Below, piece by piece: positions 29,310-40,703 of a stretch of 64,000 nucleotides of DNA. A model generated the notes under the pieces. That model did not search any database. It was given only the letters and a program-made list of their open reading frames with translations, and was not told the origin of the DNA. Both the position numbers and the translations under genes were made by a program. Each line of letters starts with the position of its first letter. Position 1 is the first letter of the stretch. The stretch comes from Rhodospirillaceae bacterium (GTDB lineage: Bacteria > Pseudomonadota > Alphaproteobacteria > Rhodospirillales > CALINB01), in contig JAYNQW010000007.1 of assembly GCA_038114465.1 (NCBI GenBank), positions 71,212 through 135,211 on the forward strand, written 5' to 3'.

Positions 29310-30317
29310 ATGACAACAACACAAGCCGCCGAGGCGGAAGCATCGGAGTTCCCACTTGATGCGCCCGATATCAAATTATCCGTCCGTCAAACATTTGGCA
29401 TCGATTGCGACATGGAGGTTCCTGCCTTTAGCGAAACCGAAGCGCATGTTCCTTCCGTCGATGAAGCCTATCAGTTCGATCGCGATACGACTCTCGCAAT
29501 TTTAGCCGGATTTGCCTACAACCGACGTGTGATGATTCAAGGCTATCACGGCACGGGTAAATCGACGCATATCGAACAAGTCGCGTCACGCCTGAACTGG
29601 CCGTGCATCCGCGTCAACCTCGATAGCCACATCAGCCGGATCGACCTTGTCGGTAAGGACGCCATCGTCTTAAAAGACGGCCAACAGGTTACAGAATTCC
29701 GTGAAGGCATCTTGCCCTGGTCGTTACAGCATCCGGTCGCGTTGGTTTTCGATGAATACGATGCAGGCCGGCCCGATGTGATGTTCGTAATCCAGCGCAT
29801 TCTTGAAACAGAAGGCAAACTGACGTTACTTGACCAGAACCGAGTTATGAAACCACACAATTACTTCCGCGTGTTTTCGACAACCAACACCATCGGCCTT
29901 GGCGACACGTCGGGGCTGTATCACGGCACACAACAAATCAATCAAGGCCAAATGGACCGCTGGAATATCGTAGCGACGCTCAACTACCTGCCCCACGATG
30001 ACGAGGTTGGTATCGTGCAAGCTAAAGTTCCGGCTTACAAAACTAAAAAAGAGCGGGAGCAAATCGATTCCATGGTTGAAGTCGCTGACCTCACGCGCGC
30101 CGGCTTCATGAATGGCGACATTTCGACCGTCATGTCACCGCGAACCGTGATTACCTGGGCCGAAAATGCAAAAATTTTCGGCGATTTGGCTTTTGCCTTC
30201 AGGGTCACGTTTCTCAATAAATGTGATGAAATAGAACGCCCCCTGGTCGCCGAGTATTACCAACGGTGCATTGGTGAAGAGCTGCCGGAATCGGCGGCGA
30301 ATGCCACCCTGCTCTAA
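29310..30317 (+). CDS. cobS: CobS-type AAA+ (MoxR-like) ATPase, annotated family: aerobic cobaltochelatase subunit CobS
   Basis: Walker [10 protein letters not shown], Walker [10 protein letters not shown], ~330 aa, followed by cobT. Confidence 0.88.
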   Translation: MTTTQAAEAEASEFPLDAPDIKLSVRQTFGIDCDMEVPAFSETEAHVPSVDEAYQFDRDTTLAILAGFAYNRRVMIQGYHGTGKSTHIEQVASRLNWPCIRVNLDSHISRIDLVGKDAIVLKDGQQVTEFREGILPWSLQHPVALVFDEYDAGRPDVMFVIQRILETEGKLTLLDQNRVMKPHNYFRVFSTTNTIGLGDTSGLYHGTQQINQGQMDRWNIVATLNYLPHDDEVGIVQAKVPAYKTKKEREQIDSMVEVADLTRAGFMNGDISTVMSPRTVITWAENAKIFGDLAFAFRVTFLNKCDEIERPLVAEYYQRCIGEELPESAANATLL

Positions 30318-30348
30318 CCCCTTCCCCATAAGCAACACGAGGAAAACC

Positions 30349-32181
30349 GTGAGCCAGCGGGAATCAGCATCAGACCTCATAAAACGGGTCACGACATCGA
30401 CCTTGCAAGCCGTCGCCCATCGCCGTGACCTGTCGGTCACGTATGCCCAAAGCGACGGCACGCGTAGCGATAATGCGGTCCAGTTGCCCTCACCGCCCCG
30501 CCAACTTACGCCGCGGGAAATTACGCGCTTACGGGGAAAAGCCGACGCATCCGCCTTATGGTTCCGCCACCACGACAGCGACCTTCATAAGAACTACATG
30601 CCGCGAAGCCGCGAAGCCCGGCAAGTTTATGAAGCCATTGAACAAGAGCGGGTCGAAGCGATCGGCAGCCGCCGTCTCAAAGGGGTCGCTGAAAATTTAG
30701 AGGCTCTTTTGGTCGAGCGTTGCCAAGAATTTGCCGGCGCCGAAAGCCGTGAAGATGTTCCGCTTGCCGATGCCATGGCCTTGTTGGTGCGCGAAAAACT
30801 CGGCGCGCCCATTCCTCCGTCCGGCAAGATGATGTTGGATCACTGGCGTTCTTGGCTGGAAGAACGGGTTAAGCCGCAGCTCAACAATCTTGATCACATC
30901 ATTGACGATCAAGAAGCGTTTGCCAAAACCGTTCACGACATGCTCGATGCACTCGAACTATCGGCCGATGACGAGGACATTGACGACCTCGAGGACGAGC
31001 AGCAGCAGGGCGATCAATCCGCTGAAGAAGAACAGGGTGATTCAGAAGACGGTGAAGAAGATTCTGATGGCGCCACCATGTCCGAAGGGACCGAAACCGA
31101 AGCCGAAGGCGACATCGATGATTCCGCCCTTGGCATGGATGAGGAAATGATGGCCGATGGCGAAGAGCCGGCTGGCCCGACGGACGGCGAAACCGATATA
31201 CAGAATACCGGCCTCTCGGGCGGACCGCCCTATCATGCCTACACAACGGCAAACGACGAAGTTGTTGATGCTCATGCGCTGTGCGAACCGATGGAGTTAG
31301 ACCGCCTGCGCCTACAGCTTGATCAGCAGCTTGCCCAACTGCACGGCGTCGTCTCGCGCTTAGCGAACCGGCTGCAACGGCGCTTATTGGCGAAACAAAA
31401 CCGTTCCTGGGAGTTTGATCTTGAGGAAGGCATTCTCGACGTTGCCCGCCTGCCCCGGATTATTATCGATCCGCTTTATCCTTTATCGTTCAAGGTCGAA
31501 ACCGAAACCGATTTCCGCGATACCGTCGTCACGTTATTGATCGATAATTCTGGGTCCATGCGCGGGCGCCCCATCACCGTCGCCGCCATGAGCGCGGATA
31601 TCCTGGCGCGCACGCTCGAACGCTGTAACGTAAAAGTCGAAATTCTCGGCTTCACCACATGCGCCTGGAAAGGCGGCAAAGCCCGGGAAAAATGGGTTGC
31701 CGACGGCAAACCCGATAGCCCCGGCCGTCTTAACGATTTACGCCACATTATTTATAAGGCCGCCGACTCGCCCTGGCGCCGGTCGCGAAAAAATCTCGGC
31801 CTGATGCTGCGTGAAGGCTTGCTGAAAGAAAACATTGATGGTGAAGCCCTGCTCTGGGCTCATAACCGGCTGATCGCCCGCCCTGAACAGCGCCGGATTC
31901 TGATGGTTATTTCCGACGGCGCCCCCGTCGATGATGCAACACTGTCAACAAACCCGGGAAATTACCTGGAAGCACATCTTCGCCACATCATTGATTGGAT
32001 CGAAAACAATTCCCCCGTCAATTTGACGGCGATCGGCATCGGCCATGATGTAACCCGCTATTACCGGCGGGCCGTCACAATTTCTGATGCTGAGGAACTT
32101 GGCGGAACGATGTTGCAAAATCTTACCGAATTATTCGATGAAACAACGTCGGCTCCCCAACGCCGGCGGCGATCCGCTTAA
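30349..32181 (+). CDS. cobT: CobT-type protein with acidic linker and C-terminal vWA domain
   Basis: GTG start after GAGGA, in frame with track ORF 30271..32181. Long D/E tract. vWA MIDAS-like DNSGSM. Confidence 0.85.
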   Translation: MSQRESASDLIKRVTTSTLQAVAHRRDLSVTYAQSDGTRSDNAVQLPSPPRQLTPREITRLRGKADASALWFRHHDSDLHKNYMPRSREARQVYEAIEQERVEAIGSRRLKGVAENLEALLVERCQEFAGAESREDVPLADAMALLVREKLGAPIPPSGKMMLDHWRSWLEERVKPQLNNLDHIIDDQEAFAKTVHDMLDALELSADDEDIDDLEDEQQQGDQSAEEEQGDSEDGEEDSDGATMSEGTETEAEGDIDDSALGMDEEMMADGEEPAGPTDGETDIQNTGLSGGPPYHAYTTANDEVVDAHALCEPMELDRLRLQLDQQLAQLHGVVSRLANRLQRRLLAKQNRSWEFDLEEGILDVARLPRIIIDPLYPLSFKVETETDFRDTVVTLLIDNSGSMRGRPITVAAMSADILARTLERCNVKVEILGFTTCAWKGGKAREKWVADGKPDSPGRLNDLRHIIYKAADSPWRRSRKNLGLMLREGLLKENIDGEALLWAHNRLIARPEQRRILMVISDGAPVDDATLSTNPGNYLEAHLRHIIDWIENNSPVNLTAIGIGHDVTRYYRRAVTISDAEELGGTMLQNLTELFDETTSAPQRRRRSA

Positions 32182-32285
32182 ACGGCATAACTGCACAGTT
32201 GTTATTTTCACCCTTTCCAGATCAATCATCTGCAATTAAAAATGGCGCCTGGCAACGCCACTTAAAGGAACGGTGACGCAGCATA

Positions 32286-33143
32286 ATGACCGAAGCACAC
32301 GCTCAACCCGGCATAAGCATAATCAGGGAAAAAATCGGCTCCTTCATCGAAGGCAAACCGGCACAGCGCTTCATCACCACGCTGATCGTCCTGAATGCCA
32401 TTACCTTAGGCCTGGAAACCTCGCCCAGTATCATCGCCGAGTACGGCAAGGTCATGCGTATTTTCGATACGTTTGTCATCACGATGTTCGTGATCGAAAT
32501 CCTGGGTAAGTTGATTTACCGCGGCTTCGGATTTTTCAAAATCGGCTGGAACGTTTTCGACTTTATTATCGTTGCTATTGCCCTGCTACCCAGTGCGGGG
32601 CAGCTTTCGGTCTTGCGCGCCTTGCGAATTTTGCGGACTTTGCGCTTGCTGTCCGTCGTACCGTCGATGCGCAAAGTGATACAGGCATTATTGTCCGCCG
32701 TACCGGGCATGATGTCGATCGGCGCAATCATCTTGCTGATTTTTTATGTCGGCGGCGTACTGGCAACCAATTTGTTCGGCAACGATTTCAACGAATGGTT
32801 CGGCAATATCGGCCGCTCCATGTATTCGCTGTTCCAAATCATGACATTGGAAAGCTGGTCCATGGGCATTGTTCGCCCGGTGATGAAAGTCTATCCCTAC
32901 GCCTGGATTTTCTTCATCACATTCATCCTGATGACAACCTTTGCCGTCCTCAATCTGTTTATCGGTATCATTGTCGATGCCATGCAGGCTCAAAATACCG
33001 AAGAAGAGGAACTCATTAAATCGGAAGCCGAAAAAGGCCGGGAAGAGCGGGATAAAATCAACAACGAACTCAAACTCCTGCGCCAAGAACTTGCGGAAGT
33101 CCGTAAACTCTTAGAAGATCAAGGCAGCAGCAACCACCGCTGA
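32286..33143 (+). CDS. bacterial voltage-gated sodium channel (NaChBac/NavBac family, single 6-TM domain)
   Basis: S4 with Arg every third residue ([13 protein letters not shown]). Selectivity filter [17 protein letters not shown]-terminal charged coiled-coil-like tail. Confidence 0.85.
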   Translation: MTEAHAQPGISIIREKIGSFIEGKPAQRFITTLIVLNAITLGLETSPSIIAEYGKVMRIFDTFVITMFVIEILGKLIYRGFGFFKIGWNVFDFIIVAIALLPSAGQLSVLRALRILRTLRLLSVVPSMRKVIQALLSAVPGMMSIGAIILLIFYVGGVLATNLFGNDFNEWFGNIGRSMYSLFQIMTLESWSMGIVRPVMKVYPYAWIFFITFILMTTFAVLNLFIGIIVDAMQAQNTEEEELIKSEAEKGREERDKINNELKLLRQELAEVRKLLEDQGSSNHR

Positions 33144-33151
33144 GAAAGCAG

Positions 33152-34051
33152 ATGGGATATGTCTTCAGGGGGTGCATGATAATTTTGCTGGCTTGCACCG
33201 GCCCTCTTTATGTCGGCACAACAGCAAACCTTCAGGCCCAAACGATCGAGCCAAAATACATTACGATATCAGGGCCGCGCTTCGCCAATCCCGTTGACCT
33301 CATTTTATCGCGCGATAAAAGCTTGCTGTATGTCGCGGATCTCGGCAACAACGACATCAAGGTCCTCGATCCAAAAACCCTGCAAACTATTGATGTTATT
33401 GGCCGGGGCGATCTTAATTCGCCTCACGATATTGCCCTGGACAGCCGCGGACGCTTGTTCGTGGCCGACACCGGTAACCATCGTATTGTGATATTCAACA
33501 TTTATGGCACAAAAGGCAAAGTTGCCGGCATTTGGGATCAAGGTTTCAACAACCCAAAATCGGTTGCTGTCGACGGTGATGGTGCCGTCTATGTCACGAA
33601 TATCGGCCACCACAACGTCATGAAATTCGTTAATGGTAAATTGGTTCGCCAGACTGCCGGCAAGGGCAGTGGCCCCGGGCAATTTATTCGGCCACACGAT
33701 GTAGATTTCGATTCAAAAGGCCGTGTGTATGTTGTCGATGCGGGCAACAAACGCATTCAAATATTTGATAAAAATTTAAAATATATCAGCGAGCTTAAAG
33801 GCCCACCGTTTAATTTCATCGAACCGCGGTATTTAAAGTTTGACCTAAACGACTGGCTATATGTGGCCGATGCGGAAACTCATCAGGTAAAATTTTTTGA
33901 CACGGAATTAAAGCTCCGCGGCATCATTGGCGACGGCAAGCCAAGTCGCAAACGCGGCAGGCTCAAAGGCCCTGAAGGTGTCGAGGTCCTGAACAACGAT
34001 ATCTGGGTATCCGATACATATAATAGCCGCATTCAGCTATTCAGACGATGA
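33152..34051 (+). CDS. NHL-repeat beta-propeller protein, secreted
   Basis: Repeated units of the form G.F..P.G.A.D..G.LYVAD..N.RI..F (six copies). N-terminal hydrophobic leader. Confidence 0.8.
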   Translation: MGYVFRGCMIILLACTGPLYVGTTANLQAQTIEPKYITISGPRFANPVDLILSRDKSLLYVADLGNNDIKVLDPKTLQTIDVIGRGDLNSPHDIALDSRGRLFVADTGNHRIVIFNIYGTKGKVAGIWDQGFNNPKSVAVDGDGAVYVTNIGHHNVMKFVNGKLVRQTAGKGSGPGQFIRPHDVDFDSKGRVYVVDAGNKRIQIFDKNLKYISELKGPPFNFIEPRYLKFDLNDWLYVADAETHQVKFFDTELKLRGIIGDGKPSRKRGRLKGPEGVEVLNNDIWVSDTYNSRIQLFRR

Positions 34052-34054
34052 CGG

Positions 34055-34591
34055 CTATTCCGGCAACGACCACGGTGTGAAGCGGGGAATCCAACGCGGC
34101 ACATTTTCTTTATAGAGCCGGTAATCATCTCCAAATCGACGTTCAAGCTCTGGCTCTTCTATCCAAGGCAGGTAGATCGCATTCGCAAGGATAAAAAAAG
34201 CCAGCCATGCTGCCATGATCCACGCGTGAAGAATCAACGTTTCGGCAAACAGAACTAAAATCACGCCGCTGATCATCGGATTACGGACAAATTGATACGG
34301 CCCCTTGATAACAAGCTTTTTCGGTGGGTCCCATGGCGCCAGCGTTCCATCGCCGGTGGTTAAAAAATCTGTGACCGTCCAAGCCATCAATACAAAACCG
34401 CCGACACAAGCAGCAAAGCTTAACCAGGCTATTCCATCGAGTGTCTCTCTCGGATTGCCCCCCCAGGCGCTGTTCCCGCTCACCCATATTAAAAAAACCG
34501 GTATGACAACCATAACGTTGACCGGCAGGATCAAGATACTCAGCAAGGCTCTTAAGAAAAGCGGCATGCCGATATGATACGAAGACATCAA
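34055..34591 (-). CDS. ICMT/PEMT-like membrane methyltransferase family protein
   Basis: Polytopic. GPYQFVRNPMISG segment resembling the ICMT-family RHPxY motif. Confidence 0.65.
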   Translation of the reverse strand: MMSSYHIGMPLFLRALLSILILPVNVMVVIPVFLIWVSGNSAWGGNPRETLDGIAWLSFAACVGGFVLMAWTVTDFLTTGDGTLAPWDPPKKLVIKGPYQFVRNPMISGVILVLFAETLILHAWIMAAWLAFFILANAIYLPWIEEPELERRFGDDYRLYKENVPRWIPRFTPWSLPE

Positions 34592-34618
34592 CGATAACGC
34601 CAGTCAGGTATCCGGCCA

Positions 34619-34647
34619 TTAAAAAACCCGCCCTGAAAGGCGGGTTT
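34619..34647 (-). terminator. rho-independent terminator of rpmB
   Basis: The minus strand reads AAACCCGCC-TTTCAG-GGCGGGTTT followed by TTTTT, 25 nt after the rpmB stop. Confidence 0.75.
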
Positions 34648-34671
34648 GGCATCGAATGAAAAGCAACCGTA

Positions 34672-34965
34672 TTAAGCGGCTTTGACTTCGATCGCTTTTT
34701 TGATGCGCTTTTTGAGACGGCGGATTTCCGGCGTAAGATCGGATGCGTTGGCTTTCATTAAGAATGAATCCAAACCGCCACGTTTTTCGACAGTCCGCAC
34801 GGTACTTGCCGTTAAGCGCAAACGAACCTGCTGATTGAGAGCATCACTAAACAACGAGATTTGTTGCAGGTTCGGCATAAACCGGCGACGGGTTTTATTG
34901 TGAGCGTGACTGACATTATTGCCGGTCATCACACCCTTACCGGAGAGATCGCAACGCTTGGACAT
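34672..34965 (-). CDS. rpmB: 50S ribosomal protein L28
   Basis: MSKRCDLSGKGVMTGNNVSHAHNKTRRRFMPNLQ is the canonical L28 N-terminus. Confidence 0.95.
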   Translation of the reverse strand: MSKRCDLSGKGVMTGNNVSHAHNKTRRRFMPNLQQISLFSDALNQQVRLRLTASTVRTVEKRGGLDSFLMKANASDLTPEIRRLKKRIKKAIEVKAA

Positions 34966-35056
34966 CGTCTAAATTCCTTATTAAATCCTTTTGGGGCCGG
35001 TTTTGGCTTTAACGACCTTTTGAAGGCCGGAGTTGTAGGGAACCCGGGCGGTTTCG

Positions 35057-36286
35057 TCAAGACCGGCCTTGGGATTCTAGCCTTTTTTGCAGGTTTTGGG
35101 CGATTTTTCCAATAAATTCCCGAGTATTCAGCGACCCCTGATCGGGTCCAGCCAGGATCGCTAAATCCTTAGTCATAGCGCCGGATTCAATGGTTTTGAC
35201 ACAAACATCCTCAAGAGTTTCCGCAAATGCCTGAACCTCCGGCGTCGCATCAAACTTGCCACGGTAATAAAGCCCCCGGGTCCAGGCAAAAATCGTTGCT
35301 ATTGGGTTGGTCGAAGTCTCCTCGCCTTTTTGGTGGCGCCTGAAATGACGCGTAACCGAGCCGTGGGCCGCTTCCGTTTGCACGGTGCCACCGTCAGGTG
35401 TAACCAGAACCGATGCCATCAAACCCGGCGAGCCAAACCCCTGCGCGGTGATATCGGACATCACGTCGCCGTCGTAATTTTTTGCAGCCCACACGAAGCT
35501 GCCGCTCGATTTCAGCGCAAACATCACCATGTCGTCGATGATACGAGTCTCGAAGGTTATGTTCTTCGCCTCGAATTGATCTTTAAAATGATTATTGAAC
35601 TCTTCCCAAAAGATTTCGGTGAAACGGCCGTCGTAATCCTTCAGAACGGTATCTTTATGCGAGAAGTAGAGTGGCCAGCCGAGATCAAGTGCGTGGTTCA
35701 TACATGCCCGAGCAAAACCGCGGATCGAGTCATCTTCATTGTGCACAACCATTGCAACACCGCTGCCGGGGTAATGATGATGCTCGTGCTCGATCGCTTC
35801 GCTGCCGTCATCCGGCTCGAACCGAACGGTGAGTTTCCCCGGACCGGACACTTTAAAATTCGTCGCCGAATAAATTTCGCCGAAGGCATGCCGGCCGATC
35901 ACAAACGGTTTCGTCCAGCCGGGCACGAGCCGCGGGATGTTGTTGCAGATGATCGGCTGGCGGAAGATCGTACCGCCGATGATAGTTCGCATCACGCCGT
36001 TTGGCGACGGTAATAATTTTTTGAGGTTGTATTCCTCCATGCGAGCCGGGTTAGCGGATACTGTCGCGCATTTAATACCGACATGATGTTTTTGAATGGC
36101 ATGGGCCGCATCGACGACGACCTGATTTTCTGTGTCGTCGCGGTTTGTGATCGACAGGTCGAAGTACCGAAGGTCAATATCGACGTAAGGCATGATCAAT
36201 TGTTCCTTGATCATGCCCCACATCACGCGCGTCATCTCATCGCCGTCCAACTCGACGATGGGATTCTTGACCTTAATCTTGGCCAT
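35057..36286 (-). CDS. icd: NADP-isocitrate dehydrogenase, homodimeric eukaryote-like type (~409 aa)
   Basis: IKVKNPIVELDGDEMTR, KCAT..., SPNG..R, GRHAFGEIY. Collinear with the type II IDH pattern, with some substitutions. Confidence 0.9.
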   Translation of the reverse strand: MAKIKVKNPIVELDGDEMTRVMWGMIKEQLIMPYVDIDLRYFDLSITNRDDTENQVVVDAAHAIQKHHVGIKCATVSANPARMEEYNLKKLLPSPNGVMRTIIGGTIFRQPIICNNIPRLVPGWTKPFVIGRHAFGEIYSATNFKVSGPGKLTVRFEPDDGSEAIEHEHHHYPGSGVAMVVHNEDDSIRGFARACMNHALDLGWPLYFSHKDTVLKDYDGRFTEIFWEEFNNHFKDQFEAKNITFETRIIDDMVMFALKSSGSFVWAAKNYDGDVMSDITAQGFGSPGLMASVLVTPDGGTVQTEAAHGSVTRHFRRHQKGEETSTNPIATIFAWTRGLYYRGKFDATPEVQAFAETLEDVCVKTIESGAMTKDLAILAGPDQGSLNTREFIGKIAQNLQKRLESQGRS

Positions 36287-36301
36287 TTTTAAAAGGCCTC
36301 G

Positions 36302-38536
36302 TTAGCCGATAATTCCGTTGAACGTCGCACTCGGACGCATAGCAGCCGACCATTTTTTAGGATCGTTTAGATAATATCCGCCGAGATCGACCGGTTTACC
36401 TTGCGCTTCCAATAACTCATTGGCGATCTTCTCTTCATTGGCCGTCAATTGCTCGGCAATAGGCGTAAAGTGCGCTTTCAGCTCGGCATCGTCATCTTGT
36501 GCGGCTAAGGCTTGTGCCCAATACAATGTGAGATAGAAATGACTGCCGCGGGTGTCGAGCTCATTGACTTTCCGGCTCGGCGATTTGCTGTTGTTGAGGA
36601 TACCTTCGATGGCTTTATCCAAGGTTTCCGCCAGGACTTTCGCTTTGGCGTTTTTAGCATGCTCGGCGTAATGCTCGAAGGAGGCGCCGATCGCGGCAAA
36701 TTCACCGAGGGAATCCCAACGCAGGTGCCCTTCTTCCATCATCTGCTGCACGTGTTTCGGCGCTGAACCGCCCGCGCCCGTTTCAAACAAGCCGCCGCCT
36801 TGCATCAGCGGCACAATGGAAAGCATCTTGGCGCTAGTGCCGAGTTCCAAAATAGGGAACAAGTCGGTTAAATAGTCGCGCAGCACGTTACCGGTCACGG
36901 AAATCGTGTCTTCGCCCTTTTTCATGCGTTCCAGCGAATAGCGGGTCGCTTCGCGCGGCGCCATGATTTTGATCTCAAGGCCGCTCGTATCGTGGTCTTT
37001 TAGATAGGTTTCAACCTTGGCAATCAGTTGCGAGTCATGACCGCGGTTTTTATCGAGCCAGAACACCGCCGGCGTTCCGGTCGCGCGCGCCCGGCGAACG
37101 CCGAGGCCGACCCAGTCCTTGACCGGCGCGTCTTTGGTTTGACACATCCGCCAGACATCGCCTGCCTCAACCGCATGCTCGTGCAGCGCCTTGCCGTCGC
37201 CGCCAAGAACACGGATCGTTCCCTTGCCCGAAGCTTCGAAAGTATACGGGTGCGAGCCGTACTCTTCGGCCTTTTGCGCCATCAATCCGACGTTCGAGAC
37301 ACTGCCCATGGTTTTCGGATCGAACGCGCCGTTCTCTTTACAGAAATTGACGGTTTCTTCGTAAACGCAGGAATAGCTGCGATCCGGAATGACGCACTTC
37401 GTATCGTTTTCGCCGCCGTCCGGCCCCCAGGACCGACCGCCGTTCCGAATAATCGCCGGCATGGAGGCGTCGATGATGACGTCACTCGGCACATGCAGGT
37501 TAGTGATGCCCCGGTCCGAGTTCACCATGTAAAGGTCGGGCTGTGCATCCATACAGGCTTTGACGTCGGCTTCGATTTCGGCCTTTTTGTCCGCCGGCAG
37601 GGATTGGATTTTCGCCGCGATATCGCCGACGCCGTTATTGGGGTCAATGCCTAACTCTTCAAACGTCTTGGCGTGCTTTTCGTATACGTCTTTAAAGTAC
37701 GCCATCACCGCATGACCGAATAAAATCGGATCGGAGATTTTCATCATTGTGGCCTTCACATGGAAGGAAAACAGATTGCCCTTTTTGTTGGCATCCGCCA
37801 CTTCGGATTCGAGGAACGCGCGCAACGGGCCCGCCTTCATCATCGTCGCATCAATGACGTCGCCGTCATCAAATTTAAGGCCGTCCTTAAGAACAGTCTC
37901 ATTACCGCTTTCGTCAACGAAAACGATCTTGCCCGTACCCACGGCGCCGCCGGTAAGGGTCGTTGATTTCTCATTGGCAAAAAAGTCGTCCGACGACATG
38001 GACGTCACTTCCGTTTTCGAGTCTTTTTTCCACTCGCCCATGCGATGGGGGTTATTTTTTGCATAAGCCTTCACCGCATTGGGCGCGCGGCGATCGGAAT
38101 TGCCTTGGCGCAGAACTGGGTTCACGGCACTCCCTAAAACGATGCCATATGTTTCTTGAATTTTCTTTTCAGCATCATTTTTCGGCTCTTCGGGATAATC
38201 AGGAACATCGTAACCCTTTTCTTGTAACTCTTTGATCGCGGCTTGCAACTGCGGGATCGAGGCACTGATGTTCGGTAGTTTGATGACGTTCGCTTGGGGT
38301 TCTTCGACAAGCTCACCCAGGATCGACAAATCATCCGACTGTTTTTGTTCCGCCGTCAGCTTTTCGGGAAAATTGGCGATGATACGGCCAGCCAACGATA
38401 TATCTTTACGGCCAATGGTAATCCCAGCCGACTTGGCAAAGGTTTGAATGATGGGCAGAAGCGAACCGCTCGCAAGCTCAGGCGCTTCATCGACTTTTGT
38501 ATAAATGATATCCGGTTCTGATTTTTGATCAGCCAT
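36302..38536 (-). CDS. idh: NADP-isocitrate dehydrogenase, monomeric type (~744 aa)
   Basis: Start [29 protein letters not shown]. The length and N-terminal IIYT..DEAP motif are characteristic of monomeric IDH. Confidence 0.9.
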   Translation of the reverse strand: MADQKSEPDIIYTKVDEAPELASGSLLPIIQTFAKSAGITIGRKDISLAGRIIANFPEKLTAEQKQSDDLSILGELVEEPQANVIKLPNISASIPQLQAAIKELQEKGYDVPDYPEEPKNDAEKKIQETYGIVLGSAVNPVLRQGNSDRRAPNAVKAYAKNNPHRMGEWKKDSKTEVTSMSSDDFFANEKSTTLTGGAVGTGKIVFVDESGNETVLKDGLKFDDGDVIDATMMKAGPLRAFLESEVADANKKGNLFSFHVKATMMKISDPILFGHAVMAYFKDVYEKHAKTFEELGIDPNNGVGDIAAKIQSLPADKKAEIEADVKACMDAQPDLYMVNSDRGITNLHVPSDVIIDASMPAIIRNGGRSWGPDGGENDTKCVIPDRSYSCVYEETVNFCKENGAFDPKTMGSVSNVGLMAQKAEEYGSHPYTFEASGKGTIRVLGGDGKALHEHAVEAGDVWRMCQTKDAPVKDWVGLGVRRARATGTPAVFWLDKNRGHDSQLIAKVETYLKDHDTSGLEIKIMAPREATRYSLERMKKGEDTISVTGNVLRDYLTDLFPILELGTSAKMLSIVPLMQGGGLFETGAGGSAPKHVQQMMEEGHLRWDSLGEFAAIGASFEHYAEHAKNAKAKVLAETLDKAIEGILNNSKSPSRKVNELDTRGSHFYLTLYWAQALAAQDDDAELKAHFTPIAEQLTANEEKIANELLEAQGKPVDLGGYYLNDPKKWSAAMRPSATFNGIIG

Positions 38537-38696
38537 TCTAAAACTCCCCAAAATAGGCGAAAGCCACATATCTGTGACGGTATCGGTAAATCGCTTTTTT
38601 AATTACCTCCCGTGGACCGCGGGAACATACGCAGCAAAACCGCACTTTTCAAGGCCGTTCCCCTGATTAGCGAAGTCCGGCCACCGACCATACCGC

Positions 38697-39281
38697 TTAA
38701 AGGTGGCTTGTCAGGACTTCTTCTTTTGGAATTGGCGCAGATTCCAGGGCCGGAAGCACAGCTTCGGCAGAATCGACGACCGTATAAAGCTCCTCAATGG
38801 CGGGGTGTGCAAACGCCTGGCCGATCAGGCTCTGGATCAACTTTTCAAACGGCAACCAATAATCATCCACGTTGACGATAACGATCGGTTTGTCGTGCTG
38901 GCGCAGCTGCTTCCACGTAATCACCTCGAAAGTTTCATCCAACGTCCCCAAACCGCCGGGCAGCACGACGACACCATCGGACAATTCAAACATTTTGCTT
39001 TTGCGCTCATGCATGGAATCCACAACGATCAGCTCATTGACGTTCGATTTTCCGACTTCATATTTCATCAAAAAATCTGGGATGACACCGATCACCTCGC
39101 CGCCCGCGGCCATAACAGAATCCGCGACCACACCCATCAGGCCGATATTACCGCCGCCGTAAACCAGCCGGATGTTACGCTCGGCCATTATCACACCCAG
39201 GTCTTCGGCGGCTTTGTGAAATCGCGGATTCGCCCCGACTTTTGAACCGCAAAATACGCTTAATGATCGAATTTCGGCCAT
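38697..39281 (-). CDS. LOG-family (TIGR00730) nucleotide phosphoribohydrolase
   Basis: Start MAEIRSLSVFCGS. Motifs GGGNIGLMG and PGGLGTLDE. Confidence 0.88.
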   Translation of the reverse strand: MAEIRSLSVFCGSKVGANPRFHKAAEDLGVIMAERNIRLVYGGGNIGLMGVVADSVMAAGGEVIGVIPDFLMKYEVGKSNVNELIVVDSMHERKSKMFELSDGVVVLPGGLGTLDETFEVITWKQLRQHDKPIVIVNVDDYWLPFEKLIQSLIGQAFAHPAIEELYTVVDSAEAVLPALESAPIPKEEVLTSHL

Positions 39282-39535
39282 AAATACCACCAGCTGGACA
39301 TGGAAACCCTGCAAGGCGTCGTCGCAGGGACGCCAGACCATAATGAATTCACCGGGCAAGGGAAAGAGCTCACTTCCCTCCTTGCCCAAAGCAAGGCCGG
39401 CTCAGTCATCATTAACGATGTCATTGAATTGCCACATTTTTAGTGTTTTTTAGGGTCGGATCATCATAGGCTATGGATTAATCTGCCTTGGCATTTTGAA
39501 CTGCCGTGTTGATCGACGAAGAAAGGACAATCTCT

Positions 39536-40003
39536 ATGCCCAAGTGGTTACATTGGATGTTTGCGGGATTTTTCGTGACAGTCCTGTTAACGGCCTCTTA
39601 CACAGCAATGGCGGATCCTAAAAACGAGATTACCTATCGCCGGGCGACCATGAAGGCGCTTGGCGGGCATATGGGCGCGTTAAATGCCATACTCAGCGGC
39701 CGTGTCAAACGCGGCAAAGGCAGCGTCGTTGTTCATGCCCGCGCCATCGGCAATATAGGCAAGCTTTCGCATACCCTTTTTGCCAAAGGCACCGACAAAG
39801 GCCGGACCCGAGCGAAACCGCAAATTTGGGCGAAACCCAATCAATTCAAACAAGCGATCGCCGCCTTTAAAAAAGCCAGCGCAAAATTGGCGAGCTCGGC
39901 TAATAATCGAGATATGAAGATCGTTAAAAGGGCGTTTAAGGCCGTCACGAAAACCTGCGGCGGCTGCCATAAGACATTCCGCCTGCCCCGGCGTAAGCGC
40001 TGA
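39536..40003 (+). CDS. class II c-type cytochrome (cytochrome c'/c-556 family)
   Basis: Signal peptide ...SYTAMA/DP. Single C-terminal haem site CGGCHKTFR. N-terminal R..MK..G segment. Length fits a four-helix bundle. Confidence 0.75.
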   Translation: MPKWLHWMFAGFFVTVLLTASYTAMADPKNEITYRRATMKALGGHMGALNAILSGRVKRGKGSVVVHARAIGNIGKLSHTLFAKGTDKGRTRAKPQIWAKPNQFKQAIAAFKKASAKLASSANNRDMKIVKRAFKAVTKTCGGCHKTFRLPRRKR

Positions 40004-40161
40004 TGAGAGCGACCTCTACCAATTTATCAATTGGTATGGTTTGAGTCCCATTTTTCCAAAGATCACACGAATTTGTAGTGACGCTTTGGATGGCTATGCC
40101 ATAAACCTGCCATAAATATTCGTCATGACTACAAAATCTAACCACTTTTGAAGGGGGAATC

Positions 40162-40671
40162 ATGTTTAAAAAACTAGCTATTGTTACAGGGATTGTTTTC
40201 TCGGTAGCGGCAATCGCCGGCACGACACCCGCATTTGCCGACTCCAAAACCATCGTTAAAACGCAAGACATTCAAATTGCAATAGCGAAAGGGTTTGGCG
40301 AAGCCATTAAAAAACGCCGCACCATTTTCCGCTGCATTGCAACGGGTTTGAAGAAAATCAAAGAAGGCAAGGGTGACGCCAAGAAGAACGCCCGGCTCGT
40401 TTTGAAAAATGCGGCCATGCTCGAGCAAAACCTGAAAGCACTGTTTCCCGCGGGCTCACACAAAGGCAAGACTCGGGCGAAAAAAGCGCTATGGGGTGAT
40501 TGGGATAAATTCGCTAAACAAGCAGCTGCCTTGAAAGCGGGTGCCGCCAAACTCACAGCCATGGATGGCAGCAAAAAAGGCCTCAAGGGCGTTTATAAAA
40601 CCTGCAAAGGTTGTCATAAGCCCTTCCGTGGCGAAAAGAACAAAGCCCACGGTAAGGTGAAGTGCAGCTAA
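40162..40671 (+). CDS. class II c-type cytochrome (second, diverged copy)
   Basis: Signal peptide ...TPAFA/DS. C-terminal CKGCHKPFR. Lys-rich. Confidence 0.72.
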   Translation: MFKKLAIVTGIVFSVAAIAGTTPAFADSKTIVKTQDIQIAIAKGFGEAIKKRRTIFRCIATGLKKIKEGKGDAKKNARLVLKNAAMLEQNLKALFPAGSHKGKTRAKKALWGDWDKFAKQAAALKAGAAKLTAMDGSKKGLKGVYKTCKGCHKPFRGEKNKAHGKVKCS

Positions 40672-40703
40672 TATAGAGTACATTATACTTTAATTTCGAT
40701 AAG

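Noticed and set aside
39354-39387. Imperfect GC-rich hairpin GGGCAAGGGAA-N9-TTCCC(TCC)TTGCCC in the LOG/cytochrome divergent spacer.
   Set aside because: There is no U-tract on either strand, and it is not repeated elsewhere in the window as far as I can see. It could be a regulatory stem or a REP-like element, but nothing supports a specific call.
39400-40161. FNR/NnrR-type boxes (TTGAT-N4-ATCAA or TTGCG-N4-CGCAA) upstream of the two cytochrome genes.
   Set aside because: No acceptable match was found by eye. The palindrome TACCAATT-N4-AATTGGTA does not fit these consensus sequences.
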